Source: a virus | DNA length: 64,000 nucleotides | Virus record (IMG/VR): IMGVR_UViG_3300045988_156843 | Strand: one strand, 5' to 3' | In this document: in pieces, positions 26,028 to 35,895 of the stretch | Numbering within the stretch: the first letter of the stretch is position 1 | How the letters are laid out: each line of letters begins with the position of its first letter | Program-made: the position numbers and the translations under genes | The notes under the pieces: generated by a model | The model's database searches: none | What the model saw: the letters and a program-made list of their open reading frames with translations, nothing else | What the model was told of the DNA's origin: nothing

Positions 26028-26765
26028 TTAGATTTCAAACCAACCGTCAACATTTGACTTATTTAATTTTTTAACGACTTCCGGAGTAGGTGACATTAAT
26101 ATTTCGTACATCAATGCATGAAGAGTTGGAGTAAGATAATATCTTGCACCATCAAAATCTTCATCATTTTCAGCCGGAGCATATTTAAAGTCATAGTCGC
26201 ACGGCAACACTGCATTCGGATTCTGTACTAGCATTTTAGCATCTGTGCCATCTTTATCTCCTTCAACGAGGATATCTCCTGCTGTCAAAGTTCCGATAGC
26301 TGCGCTAAAAGTAAGCTTCCAAACGTCAGCATTACTGTTAGTCGTTTTCTCTACAGCAACAACAGTGTGAGCCGTTCCTGCAGTAGCAAATTCAGCCGGA
26401 GCTTTCATCAAAACATCACCAATTGAAGGCTGATGTCTGAATCCATCTCTTTTAATAAAAACAGTTGTTGCTGACGAAGCAGCCTGTACTTCAAATGTTT
26501 TTAGCAAAATAACTTCTGCCTGCGTATGTTTATTGGCTTTTCCGTTACCATTCCATCGATATTCCACCAAATCTCCTGCGTACATTTTACCCATTCTTTT
26601 AAATGGATTTTTTACAAGTCCACCTGTAGTTGGGAATACCTGATGATTTTTGATATCTACGATAGGAACAAAGACTTCTCTCGTCCCACCGATCTGACCT
26701 CGCATTTGGTTCGTAACTCTACCATAGTAGACCGCACCATAGGTATTTAAAAGATCGTTTTCCAT
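26028..26765 (-). CDS. head protein (decoration-like by position)
   Basis: 245-aa ORF between the scaffold-like and capsid genes; no motif recognised. Confidence 0.3.
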   Translation of the reverse strand: MENDLLNTYGAVYYGRVTNQMRGQIGGTREVFVPIVDIKNHQVFPTTGGLVKNPFKRMGKMYAGDLVEYRWNGNGKANKHTQAEVILLKTFEVQAASSATTVFIKRDGFRHQPSIGDVLMKAPAEFATAGTAHTVVAVEKTTNSNADVWKLTFSAAIGTLTAGDILVEGDKDGTDAKMLVQNPNAVLPCDYDFKYAPAENDEDFDGARYYLTPTLHALMYEILMSPTPEVVKKLNKSNVDGWFEI

Positions 26766-26766
26766 C

Positions 26767-27378
26767 TTATTCTTTTTGGGGTTTTAAATCATTCCACATC
26801 TCTTTCATCTCAGTAAACTTTGTCGAAGGACTAAGAGGAGTAACAACATCAGGAATTTCAGCACGATTCAAATTGTAAAACTCTAGTGCAGATTTTGCTT
26901 TTTCTTGCACATCAAGATCTTCCGTAATGCTCGTTTCAGCTAAATATTTATTAATCCATTTATCATCTTTGATGCCTTTTTCTTTCATCGCTGACTTTAA
27001 ACTGTTTTTAATACTAGCTAATTGCTTTTCCTTTTTATCTGCTAACACCTGTTTTTCAAGTTCTGCAAGTTTGTTTTGCATTTCGATATAGGCTTCATCT
27101 GTTTTTGCATCTGCGCCTTTACCTTTTCCCTTGTCATCCTGCGGCTTATAAGCTTTGACGAATTCTGCATAATCATGCTCCATGTTTGAATTTGTCTCCT
27201 GAAAAGCAGGGAACACCTTCGACACAAAATCATCTAATTCAGATTCATCATTTGTCAATAATGGAATTAGGGCTTCTAATTGCTTATTGATTGTTCTTTC
27301 TGACATGCGTAGGGTTTTCCCACCTTGTGTCAATTTCCCTTTGAGGTTTTCAAAGGCTTGTTGTTGAGTAAACTTCAT
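26767..27378 (-). CDS. scaffolding protein candidate
   Basis: 203 aa, highly charged and helical (K/E-rich), and the first gene of the minus-strand head operon. Confidence 0.45.
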   Translation of the reverse strand: MKFTQQQAFENLKGKLTQGGKTLRMSERTINKQLEALIPLLTNDESELDDFVSKVFPAFQETNSNMEHDYAEFVKAYKPQDDKGKGKGADAKTDEAYIEMQNKLAELEKQVLADKKEKQLASIKNSLKSAMKEKGIKDDKWINKYLAETSITEDLDVQEKAKSALEFYNLNRAEIPDVVTPLSPSTKFTEMKEMWNDLKPQKE

Positions 27379-27515
27379 AAGTCTATTAAGATTGAATTAA
27401 TAATCGCATACAAAATAAAAGCATTATTCTATTGAAAAAGAGTGAAGAGTACAACAAAACATTCACTGGTGAACGTTTTTATTCCGAGGCTAAATATTCA
27501 TAGAATATATAATAC

Positions 27516-27523
27516 TATTTTTG
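27516..27523 (+). promoter_or_regulatory. candidate -7 box (TATTTTTG) for packaging operon
   Basis: Matches TAnnTTTG 20 nt upstream of ATG 27543, in the 164-nt divergent intergenic region. Confidence 0.25.
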
Positions 27524-27542
27524 CATGTAAATATTGCACCTC

Positions 27543-29159
27543 ATGTCAGAAAACAGCGAAAATAAACTCAAAATAATACGTCCGCAAAAAGGCTTCCAAG
27601 AAAAATTCGTTCGAAGTAACGTAGATTTTGTTGTAGGTGGAGCCGCTATGGGGGTTGGCAAATCTTTCGCTGCATTACTGATGGCGGCAGAACCTTCTCT
27701 TGACCCTAATTTTCGTATGGTTTTTATTCGTAAGAATATACAAGATACAAAAGTAGGTGGTGGTGGTGTTGATGAGATTGAAAAGATTTATGGAGATGCT
27801 GTAAAGGTCAAACGGTCGGAAAATCCTCGTGCTACATTTAAGAATGGAGCTTTTGTCGATTTTACTCACATGGATAATGAAAATCCCGAAGACGTTCTAG
27901 AACGTGTAAAAGGATGGCAATATGGGGTTATTTATTTTGATGAAGGAACAGGATTTGAATGGAGTACAATTCGATTGGCTTTTTCTCGTAATCGTAGTTC
28001 CGGGAAATGGAATGGCAAGATCAGAATTACCTGTAATCCTAAAAAGAATCATTGGCTTAGAATTTGGCTTGATTGGTATATTGATCCTATAACTGGTTAT
28101 CCAATTCCGGAAAGAGATGGAGTTGTTAGATACTTTTATATTAAAGGAGACAATATAAAAGATGTAGCATTTGGAGATACTCCGGAAGAAGTTTACGAAC
28201 AATGTAAACATCAAATTGATGGGCATCTTAAAAAATTGAATGCTAGAGGAGGAAAGTTTACTTATAAGGATTTCATTAAGACTACTACTTTCTATGGCGG
28301 TTCACTGGATATGAACGAGGAACTGCTTAAGACTAATCCGGGATATGTGGCAAGCGTTGCTGCAATGGGCGAAAAACAAGCATTAGCCAATCTTGCAGGA
28401 AACTGGAATGTAGATATTTTAGATGAATCTGAATCACCTATTCCAAGTTGGGCTGCACGTGAATGCTTAATGGCTGATCCACAAGTGAACGGAAATAAAT
28501 GGATTACGGCAGACTTAGCTGATTATGGAACTGATAATTTTATTGCGTTAGTATGGGATGGATTACACATATATGATATGCTAGTATTAGGAAAGACTAC
28601 TCCTGCCCAAAATGCTAATCAATTGAAATTACTCGCAGCTAAACATGACATACCGGATTCTCATATTGTATTTGACGGTACAAACGGAAGATACATATTA
28701 GATTATATACCCGATGCAATTCCTTTCATCTCATCTTATCCTCCTGTTGGATTATATGCGAGAGCAGCAGCTAATAGAAAGGATGAAGCATATCTCAGAT
28801 TAAAATTTCTTATCACTGAACGAAAAATATCATTTTCTAATGATGTAGCCAATCGTAAATATTATCACGCAAAATTGAAAACGGAAGTCTTAATAGAGAC
28901 TGAATTTATTGAAGAATGTTCCGTTGTTCGTTTTCAAGAACAGCCGGGCGGCAAAAAAAGATTGGCGACTAAAAAAGAAATGAATCAGATGCTTGGTAAA
29001 GGAAGATCAATGGATTTACTTGATGCTATAGCAATGAGAATGTTCCCGTTAGCTGAATATCAATATGGGACAGAACTTGAAAAAACGGCAATAGATCAGC
29101 GAGATGAAATTGAATGTGATTCAAATGAGAGTGTTTATGAAGATTCTTTTTGGGCTTAA
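27543..29159 (+). CDS. terL: terminase large subunit
   Basis: Walker A-like GGAAMGVGKSFAALL, Walker B-like VIYFDEGT, and a C-terminal nuclease-sized domain. The ORF-track start at 27534 is TTG; ATG is at 27543. Confidence 0.8.
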   Translation: MSENSENKLKIIRPQKGFQEKFVRSNVDFVVGGAAMGVGKSFAALLMAAEPSLDPNFRMVFIRKNIQDTKVGGGGVDEIEKIYGDAVKVKRSENPRATFKNGAFVDFTHMDNENPEDVLERVKGWQYGVIYFDEGTGFEWSTIRLAFSRNRSSGKWNGKIRITCNPKKNHWLRIWLDWYIDPITGYPIPERDGVVRYFYIKGDNIKDVAFGDTPEEVYEQCKHQIDGHLKKLNARGGKFTYKDFIKTTTFYGGSLDMNEELLKTNPGYVASVAAMGEKQALANLAGNWNVDILDESESPIPSWAARECLMADPQVNGNKWITADLADYGTDNFIALVWDGLHIYDMLVLGKTTPAQNANQLKLLAAKHDIPDSHIVFDGTNGRYILDYIPDAIPFISSYPPVGLYARAAANRKDEAYLRLKFLITERKISFSNDVANRKYYHAKLKTEVLIETEFIEECSVVRFQEQPGGKKRLATKKEMNQMLGKGRSMDLLDAIAMRMFPLAEYQYGTELEKTAIDQRDEIECDSNESVYEDSFWA

Positions 29160-29169
29160 AATATAAATC

Positions 29170-29736
29170 ATGGAAGCAAAGGATTTAAAAAAAATAATAG
29201 AGGATTGCGCTAAGATGAAGTACGAAATAACTGTTAGAGATATTTCGTATATCGTTTTATTTAATGAATATAACAGTTCTACAATTGCCTATAAATCCAT
29301 TTTTGGGGACGGAGAAGAAGATGTGATTTCAAAATATCATAAGTCAAAAACAATAAAGTTTCTCAAAACATATATTGATGCTAATTTTAAAAATAAGAAG
29401 CAAACCAAAAATGTAGATGAAGAAGACATTCAGGCTGAATATGAAGATATCACATTTGAAGAAAACAAAGAAGCTATGGTACGTCTATTGGCAAAAATAC
29501 CGGAAGCTATCAAAAATGGAATGTCTATAAAAGATGCATTAAAATTAGAAGCGGATGTTCGTACTAGACTTAACGACAAATTCTCTGTTGCTGAAAAAGT
29601 AGAACAGCAATATATAATTGTAGAACAAAAATATAATGATATTTGCCCATATTGTCGGCATGAAATTGCCGTCCCAACTAAAGAGGTTTTAATGCAGAAG
29701 TATAATTTAATTGAAAATCCAAACAAGAATGCCTGA
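29170..29736 (+). CDS. hypothetical protein with C-terminal CxxC
   Basis: 188-aa ORF between terminase and portal, containing CPYCRHE. Function not called. Confidence 0.5.
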   Translation: MEAKDLKKIIEDCAKMKYEITVRDISYIVLFNEYNSSTIAYKSIFGDGEEDVISKYHKSKTIKFLKTYIDANFKNKKQTKNVDEEDIQAEYEDITFEENKEAMVRLLAKIPEAIKNGMSIKDALKLEADVRTRLNDKFSVAEKVEQQYIIVEQKYNDICPYCRHEIAVPTKEVLMQKYNLIENPNKNA

Positions 29737-31252
29737 TTATAAAGAACAAATAAAGCAACTTCTTTCAGAACCGGAAAGATTATTAAGAAAGAAGCCTTTT
29801 TTTAGAGGATATGACATGAATTCATGTGCTCGTTTATATCCAACTAAAGTTGATATAAATGAGACCGTTAAAGTTGAACTTCCGGCTATAAAGAAAAGAG
29901 TGATTCATCAAAGCGAGTTTCTAAAAGAACTAGAGCCACTAAATCACCGTGTTCTATACGATCAAAATGTGCCTTCTATTACTATGAAGCTAGACAAAGA
30001 ACAAGGTGGAGGATTTGTCGAGATCAAATATCAGAAGATGGCTGTCCCATTCCAAAAAAATATAAAAGACAAACAGGTACAGCATCTGTGTGGAAATAAA
30101 ATGGAATTTACAATAGTTGACGAAAACCCGACAGATCAACAACAACAGGATTTTATTACATTTAAACAATATTGGGATCTGAGGAACCAAGATGGAATGA
30201 AAAGAAAGTTAGCAGATGCACAATTATCTGTTGGAGATGCCGGATTGTTATACTACTTTGACCAAGACAAACAAATCAAATCTAGGCTTATATCTTACAT
30301 GGATGGTTTTGTTTTGATTCCACATAATGATGAAAATGGGGATCGCATCATGGAGGCTGTTTATTATCCCAAAGATGATGTTGAGTATATTGATTGTTAT
30401 GATAAAGAAAACTTATATCGTTTTATCCGTGATGATTATGCTGTAGATACTAATAAATATGGATGGAGATTAGTCGAGACTAAATCTCATGGATTCTCTG
30501 AAATTCCTCTTGTAACAAAAAGAGGCGATGTCGCATGGAATGACGGACAAAGCGTTATTGAATCTTACGAAATTTTATATAATATTTTTAATGTTATTCA
30601 AAAAAGACATGGATGGGGGATTCTGTATATTAAAGGTCGCTTTGATGAAACAGGGAAGAAAATTGCCGGATCTGTTATTCTTAATGACAAAACGGCAGGA
30701 ACTGATGCTTCAGGTAATGATGCCAAGTTCTTGACACCTCCTTCTCCGCAGGGAACGATTGACACATTACAGTTAATGGAAGAAACAATACAGAAAGCTA
30801 CAAGTACAACTTTCTTGCTTCCTAAAGATGTTAAAATGACTGGAGATATTTCCGGCATTGCTATTATGCTTACTCAATCAATGGACATTGAAAAGGGGTT
30901 GGAACATGCTGCTGAATATCAGAATGTTGCAGATAAAATGTGCCGTTTGTTTAAAGAGGGATTGGCTAAAGAACTTGTGTATAAAAAGATTCAGCCCACT
31001 GCAATTACTGATTTTGAAAATCTAAAAATTAATGCTAAATTTGTGGTTTGGAGACCTCAGTCTGAAACTGATTTAGTACAGAGATTGGCTACTGGAATTA
31101 GTAATGGTATGATATCTAAGGACACAGCTATAGAAAAGAATCCTGATTCTAAACCGGATGAAAAAGCAAGATTGGAAAAGCAAAAAGAAAAAGAGATTGC
31201 AGATCAAGAACGGCAATTAGAAATAACATCAAAATATAGTAACAAAAAATAA
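29729..31252 (+). CDS. portal protein
   Basis: ~507 aa, adjacent to the terminase, with an acidic/helical C-terminus typical of SPP1-type portals. The ORF-track start at 29711 is TTG; ATG 29729 overlaps the previous stop. Confidence 0.65.
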   Translation: MPDYKEQIKQLLSEPERLLRKKPFFRGYDMNSCARLYPTKVDINETVKVELPAIKKRVIHQSEFLKELEPLNHRVLYDQNVPSITMKLDKEQGGGFVEIKYQKMAVPFQKNIKDKQVQHLCGNKMEFTIVDENPTDQQQQDFITFKQYWDLRNQDGMKRKLADAQLSVGDAGLLYYFDQDKQIKSRLISYMDGFVLIPHNDENGDRIMEAVYYPKDDVEYIDCYDKENLYRFIRDDYAVDTNKYGWRLVETKSHGFSEIPLVTKRGDVAWNDGQSVIESYEILYNIFNVIQKRHGWGILYIKGRFDETGKKIAGSVILNDKTAGTDASGNDAKFLTPPSPQGTIDTLQLMEETIQKATSTTFLLPKDVKMTGDISGIAIMLTQSMDIEKGLEHAAEYQNVADKMCRLFKEGLAKELVYKKIQPTAITDFENLKINAKFVVWRPQSETDLVQRLATGISNGMISKDTAIEKNPDSKPDEKARLEKQKEKEIADQERQLEITSKYSNKK

Positions 31253-31270
31253 TGATAAGGAGGAATAATT

Positions 31271-31531
31271 ATGTATCAGAACATTATAACAAAAGTAACA
31301 GAAATAAAAGAAGCGACTTTAGTAGATGATATTCATCCATTTTACGTATTTTTATTTTCCAAAGAAGGGGAATCTAATACTGCAATTGTAAATGGGTTGC
31401 CTACATATCAGAAAGAAATGACTGATCTTCCACTTACGTCAATGATGTGGAATCCTATCGCTTTAATTAAAATCAATGTAACAAGTGAGCTTCTAACTGA
31501 TTATAGAATCTTTATTGGTTATATCGAATGA
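31271..31531 (+). CDS. hypothetical protein
   Basis: AAGGAGGA lies 6 nt upstream of the ATG; no motif recognised. Confidence 0.5.
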   Translation: MYQNIITKVTEIKEATLVDDIHPFYVFLFSKEGESNTAIVNGLPTYQKEMTDLPLTSMMWNPIALIKINVTSELLTDYRIFIGYIE

Positions 31532-33582
31532 GTGGAGGAGCTAAAGGAATAGGGCTAGGTATTGACTTCGCTATAGGAAATCAATACAAGCGTAAAGGTG
31601 GTAAATCATATATTGATCCGGCTGTCCTATCTAGCGTTGTTTCAGTAATTTCCACCTATGGTAAGACGAATGAAGATGCAGACCGAAGTATTCTAAAAGA
31701 TAAGACCGGGAAAGGTAATGATTTTAAATTGCTGAACTTCGGATTTGCGGGGAATAGTGGGTATGGGCTGTATAGTACTGATTTTACTAAATGGACTAAG
31801 AGACAAATAAATGATTTAGAAGTATCTCCAAATAAAATATCAGTAAGCAATAAAGATAGTGAAACAGCATTAGTAATATGGTTGGATGTAAACAAGAATA
31901 GATATGTGATTCCATCTTATAAAATAAAAGTTAGTAAATTAACAAAAACTATAACTTATTATTACATAGACGAAGCAAATCCAAGTATTAGAAGTACTTT
32001 TTCTATTAATAAAGAAGGAACATACATACTACCTATTTCACGAAACGATTTATATAATGGGGAAGAAAATACTAATATAGGTTTTGGAATATTCCCTCAT
32101 GAATCTTTCACTATCGAGCAACTCCCCGACTTCGAAGGCTGGCTATGTACAGACGGAGTAGACGACATAATCGAGTCCGTCAAGCCCGTCTCTGAGATGT
32201 TGGAGGGTAGCAATGAGATTACGGTGGTGAGTATTATTCATCAGATATCCTTACGTGGCATCTCAGATATTCCATTAACTAATTATATCAGAGAATCTAA
32301 TATTGGATATGTAAGAAATGAGCTTAGAGTTTCTCTTAATAAAACAGGAATATACGGTTATACATGCTTTAATATTCAAAGTCCTATTTCTAGCAATTCC
32401 TCAGTAATAAACAATATATTAGGAGATAAAGAAGATTATAGATTAGGTACGTATGGGAAGATATCAAACGCAAAGCTTAGTGTGCAAGGATTTATAGATA
32501 GTAGTGGTGCAATTATAGATACATCTCAAGTCGCCTACGCAGGTGGCTTTATCGCCAACAAAGTCCTAACCACCGACGAAATTAACCAAATTATCGCCTA
32601 CTTCAACCTTGACCGTCCGGGACAGATCATCAAGCCTCAGTTGTACTGCAACATCAAGAAGCAGGGTATCACTAATGATAATCACGCAGAGTTTAACGAT
32701 CAGTTGATTGACTTTGTAGGAGGTCACAACATTCAGCTAAACAATATCGGTTGGAAAGGAGAAAGTGGAATAATTGATGGTGCGTTATATCTAGACGGTA
32801 TCTCCGACTTCGGCAAGGCTACCGGATTGCCTATTTTGAAGGACTATACGGTAGTGGCGGATAGAAAGATATTGGGGAATAATGAAGGTGGTACTTTGTC
32901 TAAATCTTATTCCGCAGGCAATGGTGCTTTTATATTTGAAACTGGAAGTGTAATCTATTCGTTTGGTACTGGTACAAGTGGAAGCGGAGTTCAAAGTAAG
33001 AGAATGTTATCCTACCTCTCAAAATACATTTATAATGGTAATCCTGTCCAAGCAGGTGCAGGCATTGACAGTGATTCTATGTGGTTAGGAACACTGAGAG
33101 ACAACGATACTAGATTTGCTAAATTAGCATTACGGTCTCTCCTGCTATTCTCATACACCCTTTCTGAGTTCCTCCTTGAACGCCAATTGAAGAAGTACAA
33201 TGCAGGCACTTTGTATCCGGGTATGGTTGAGTTTAGACCGATTGTAAAGAGTAATATTGAATCATATACAATCTCATTTTATTTAATTGATAACCATGGG
33301 AATCAACTATCACTACTAGAGAATGGTAAGTACTACGACTTTAGTGATAAGAATAGATTGAGCTTAGTAAAAGGAGTTATTAAATTAGATAATGAATATA
33401 TAGACAGTATATCAAGTGTTAAGGCAAATGGGATAAAAGTCGATATTAACGATGGTTCTTTTTACTTTCCGGTAACTAAGTCTCCTCAGAAAATAGATAT
33501 TACCATAGATAGAAAAGAAGTGTTAAGCAATATTAAGAATTCAACATGGATTTCAAATGAACAATTAATTAAAAATAAATAA
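31528..33582 (+). CDS. LamG/concanavalin-like lectin-fold structural protein
   Basis: Two LamG-like signatures (GWLCTDGVDDIIE and GALYLDGISDFGKATG). The gene shows alternating G+C-rich and A+T-rich patches. Confidence 0.45.
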   Translation: MSGGAKGIGLGIDFAIGNQYKRKGGKSYIDPAVLSSVVSVISTYGKTNEDADRSILKDKTGKGNDFKLLNFGFAGNSGYGLYSTDFTKWTKRQINDLEVSPNKISVSNKDSETALVIWLDVNKNRYVIPSYKIKVSKLTKTITYYYIDEANPSIRSTFSINKEGTYILPISRNDLYNGEENTNIGFGIFPHESFTIEQLPDFEGWLCTDGVDDIIESVKPVSEMLEGSNEITVVSIIHQISLRGISDIPLTNYIRESNIGYVRNELRVSLNKTGIYGYTCFNIQSPISSNSSVINNILGDKEDYRLGTYGKISNAKLSVQGFIDSSGAIIDTSQVAYAGGFIANKVLTTDEINQIIAYFNLDRPGQIIKPQLYCNIKKQGITNDNHAEFNDQLIDFVGGHNIQLNNIGWKGESGIIDGALYLDGISDFGKATGLPILKDYTVVADRKILGNNEGGTLSKSYSAGNGAFIFETGSVIYSFGTGTSGSGVQSKRMLSYLSKYIYNGNPVQAGAGIDSDSMWLGTLRDNDTRFAKLALRSLLLFSYTLSEFLLERQLKKYNAGTLYPGMVEFRPIVKSNIESYTISFYLIDNHGNQLSLLENGKYYDFSDKNRLSLVKGVIKLDNEYIDSISSVKANGIKVDINDGSFYFPVTKSPQKIDITIDRKEVLSNIKNSTWISNEQLIKNK

Positions 33583-33588
33583 ATAATT

Positions 33589-35535
33589 ATGGAAATAATC
33601 AAAGACATAGCAGCTACGCAAGAAGTTGAATGGGGCACTCTAGCAGATGCAATTGATAGGAATTTCAATGAAGCATCTACAGGAATTCAAACAGTTGCTC
33701 AGAAGGTGGATCTTCTTGACATGGCTTCTCCAAACTATTGTGTGGGAGAATGGCAAAATGGAGAATTAAGTCCTACATCAGTTAATACGATTGGTGATAC
33801 AAGTATACTTGACAAATGGGATTTCTATCTAATAGATACTACAGACAATACAGGTGAGACTAATCATCCTGTAGGAAAATTGAAAAGAAACAATCTTCTT
33901 CGATTTGTAGACGGTAGTTTTGCTCCTGTTATTGGAATCACAGAAGCTATGAGAGCCGAATGTGATGTTGAACTGTATTTAGATAATACCCAAACAAATA
34001 AATACTGTGATGCAGGGGCATTTGATGCAGAAGCATTCTATAATCAATATGGGATGACGCAGAAACTCTACAATGCGACAGGTGAAGAAGTTCGTATTTT
34101 ACGACCTTATGAGACCACTGAAACTAAATATACAATAGGTTTAGGAAGAGCAGATAAGATTTATCTATTAGATAACGTTGTCGGAAAAAGTGGGAAAAGA
34201 TGGAAAGGGATATTTGCAAGTCCGACAACATGGGATGGAATAGATACAACTCTTTGGGGGCTTGATCCGACTGCCATATCTCCTTGTCCTGTATGCACTA
34301 TTGGCAATAAGACACGTTCTTTCTTTTATGTATATGAAGGTGAATCTAATTGTAAATCTTCAAATGGTATAAATAATCGTTGTACGATGTTTAGTAACGG
34401 AAGAACATATCCAAGAGTTAATGATATGAATCAAGTCAACGACATGACGTGGAGTCGTGCAAATAATGCAGATCCCGATGCACCTTATCCTTTTGCAGAA
34501 GGAGGATATCATGCGTTGAATACTTTCATCAATTGTTTGGAAATTCGTTATGGAACTAAATATCTACACAAGGAATCATTATTTTCCGGTGGTATTTGTT
34601 CTAATGATTCTGTAAGCGAAGCAGGATGGACAAAGACGGGAGGCATTCGTTACAAAAAGACGGCAGATAGCACATGGAAATACGCTAATTGGAATACGAC
34701 TCCATCGGATATGTTCTATAATGCTAGTGGGGGTAAGACTAATATGAATGAATTCCTAAGTAATTATTGTCCTAAAGAACAATGTATGGAGAGTCAAATG
34801 GCAGCATCGTTTGCCGTTGAGACTGGAGTGCAGGAAGGTGAAGAATTTGAATTCTATGGAGCTACCTATTATTACCGCAATATAGTGGATACAAAAGGAT
34901 TAGCTGATGGAGAAATGAATGTAAAGGTATATAAGAAGATGTCTCAAACATTTAATGCATATGACGAGTTGGGTGCAGAAACATCTTTTGATGTAGAAGT
35001 AATCTTGCGTATGGCTTTATATGCAGGTGCTAATTTATCCGGTGATGTATTTGCTTACTGCGGAGGAGGATATGAACAGGTTGGAACATGTGTGAATGCT
35101 GCTTCAGCATCTGTTAACAATCCAGTTGATATTTATTTGGAACCGGATCAAAAAAAATGGTTGAAAGAAACAAGTGTAACTAAAACCAATCTTGGTACTT
35201 TTGATTTTGAAAAATCCTATATGAAATTAGGCAGTAGTACAAACTTGGGAGATAGTTACGCAAAAGAGCGAGAAAATTATGCTGCATGGAAGACTGCAAA
35301 AGGCGGTAGTCTGTCAACTGGAGAATGTTATTATGCTTGGGATAACAATTATTGGAGTAGTACAGCTATGCAGCGTGTTAGAATTGCGGCTCGGTTTCGT
35401 GGTCATGCTTATTCTGCTGTTTGCTCGCCTCGTAATTTGTATGCGCATTACGCTGCTTCTAATGCGACTCGTAACATTGCCGGGTTTGCCCAAGTTAGGA
35501 TATCAGTAAACGCAGTTCCGATGCAATCGGAATAA
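33589..35535 (+). CDS. DGR target protein (variable C-terminal C-type-lectin-like domain; probable receptor-binding protein)
   Basis: The last ~50 codons contain the VR, which matches the downstream TR except at TR adenines. The C-terminal placement of VR is typical of Mtd-like targets. Confidence 0.85.
   Translation: MEIIKDIAATQEVEWGTLADAIDRNFNEASTGIQTVAQKVDLLDMASPNYCVGEWQNGELSPTSVNTIGDTSILDKWDFYLIDTTDNTGETNHPVGKLKRNNLLRFVDGSFAPVIGITEAMRAECDVELYLDNTQTNKYCDAGAFDAEAFYNQYGMTQKLYNATGEEVRILRPYETTETKYTIGLGRADKIYLLDNVVGKSGKRWKGIFASPTTWDGIDTTLWGLDPTAISPCPVCTIGNKTRSFFYVYEGESNCKSSNGINNRCTMFSNGRTYPRVNDMNQVNDMTWSRANNADPDAPYPFAEGGYHALNTFINCLEIRYGTKYLHKESLFSGGICSNDSVSEAGWTKTGGIRYKKTADSTWKYANWNTTPSDMFYNASGGKTNMNEFLSNYCPKEQCMESQMAASFAVETGVQEGEEFEFYGATYYYRNIVDTKGLADGEMNVKVYKKMSQTFNAYDELGAETSFDVEVILRMALYAGANLSGDVFAYCGGGYEQVGTCVNAASASVNNPVDIYLEPDQKKWLKETSVTKTNLGTFDFEKSYMKLGSSTNLGDSYAKERENYAAWKTAKGGSLSTGECYYAWDNNYWSSTAMQRVRIAARFRGHAYSAVCSPRNLYAHYAASNATRNIAGFAQVRISVNAVPMQSE
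35386..35494 (+). repeat. DGR variable repeat (VR)
   Basis: Hand alignment to 35641-35749 gives 97/109 identical. All 12 mismatches lie opposite TR adenines. Confidence 0.9.
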
Positions 35536-35550
35536 AGGGGATGCAATCCC
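35516..35550 (+). promoter_or_regulatory. twin GCA-loop hairpins downstream of VR (candidate DGR target-recognition element)
   Basis: ttccgat-GCA-atcggaa (35516-35532, spanning the stop codon) and gggat-GCA-atccc (35538-35550). They start 22 nt after the VR end. Confidence 0.4.
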
Positions 35551-35640
35551 TGCAAATCCTATAGACATCTGATAAGTTATGCAATGGGACATAACCTCTA
35601 AAACAGATTGGATAGGTTGAAATAATGGATAAAGAGTTTT

Positions 35641-35749
35641 GCGGCTCGGTTTCGTGGTAATGCTAATAATGCTAATTGCTCGCCTCGTAATTTGAATGCG
35701 AATAACGCTGCTTCTAATACGAATCGTAACAATGCCGGGTTTGCCCAAG
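35641..35749 (+). repeat. DGR template repeat (TR)
   Basis: Non-coding copy of VR with 27 adenines. In the VR frame it reads as 12 AAY codons plus one ACG. Confidence 0.9.
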
Positions 35750-35895
35750 AAGGTTCTTTTATTATCGTCAAACTCTTTATTCGTGTCTTGGAACGACAAA
35801 TTATTATAAGACAATGTACTTGTGGATACATTTTGTATTTGAGAAGTACGGTAGTGGAAATAAACATTACCTTTTATGCCCAACTTGCTATAAAA

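Noticed and set aside
35692-35895. N-terminal 68-codon extension of the RT ORF in the ORF track (MNANNAASNTNRNNAGFAQ...)
   Set aside because: This is simply the template repeat read in the VR frame, followed by spacer. The first convincing start is ATG 35896 (MKNRIVD...). I treat 35641-35749 as non-coding TR.
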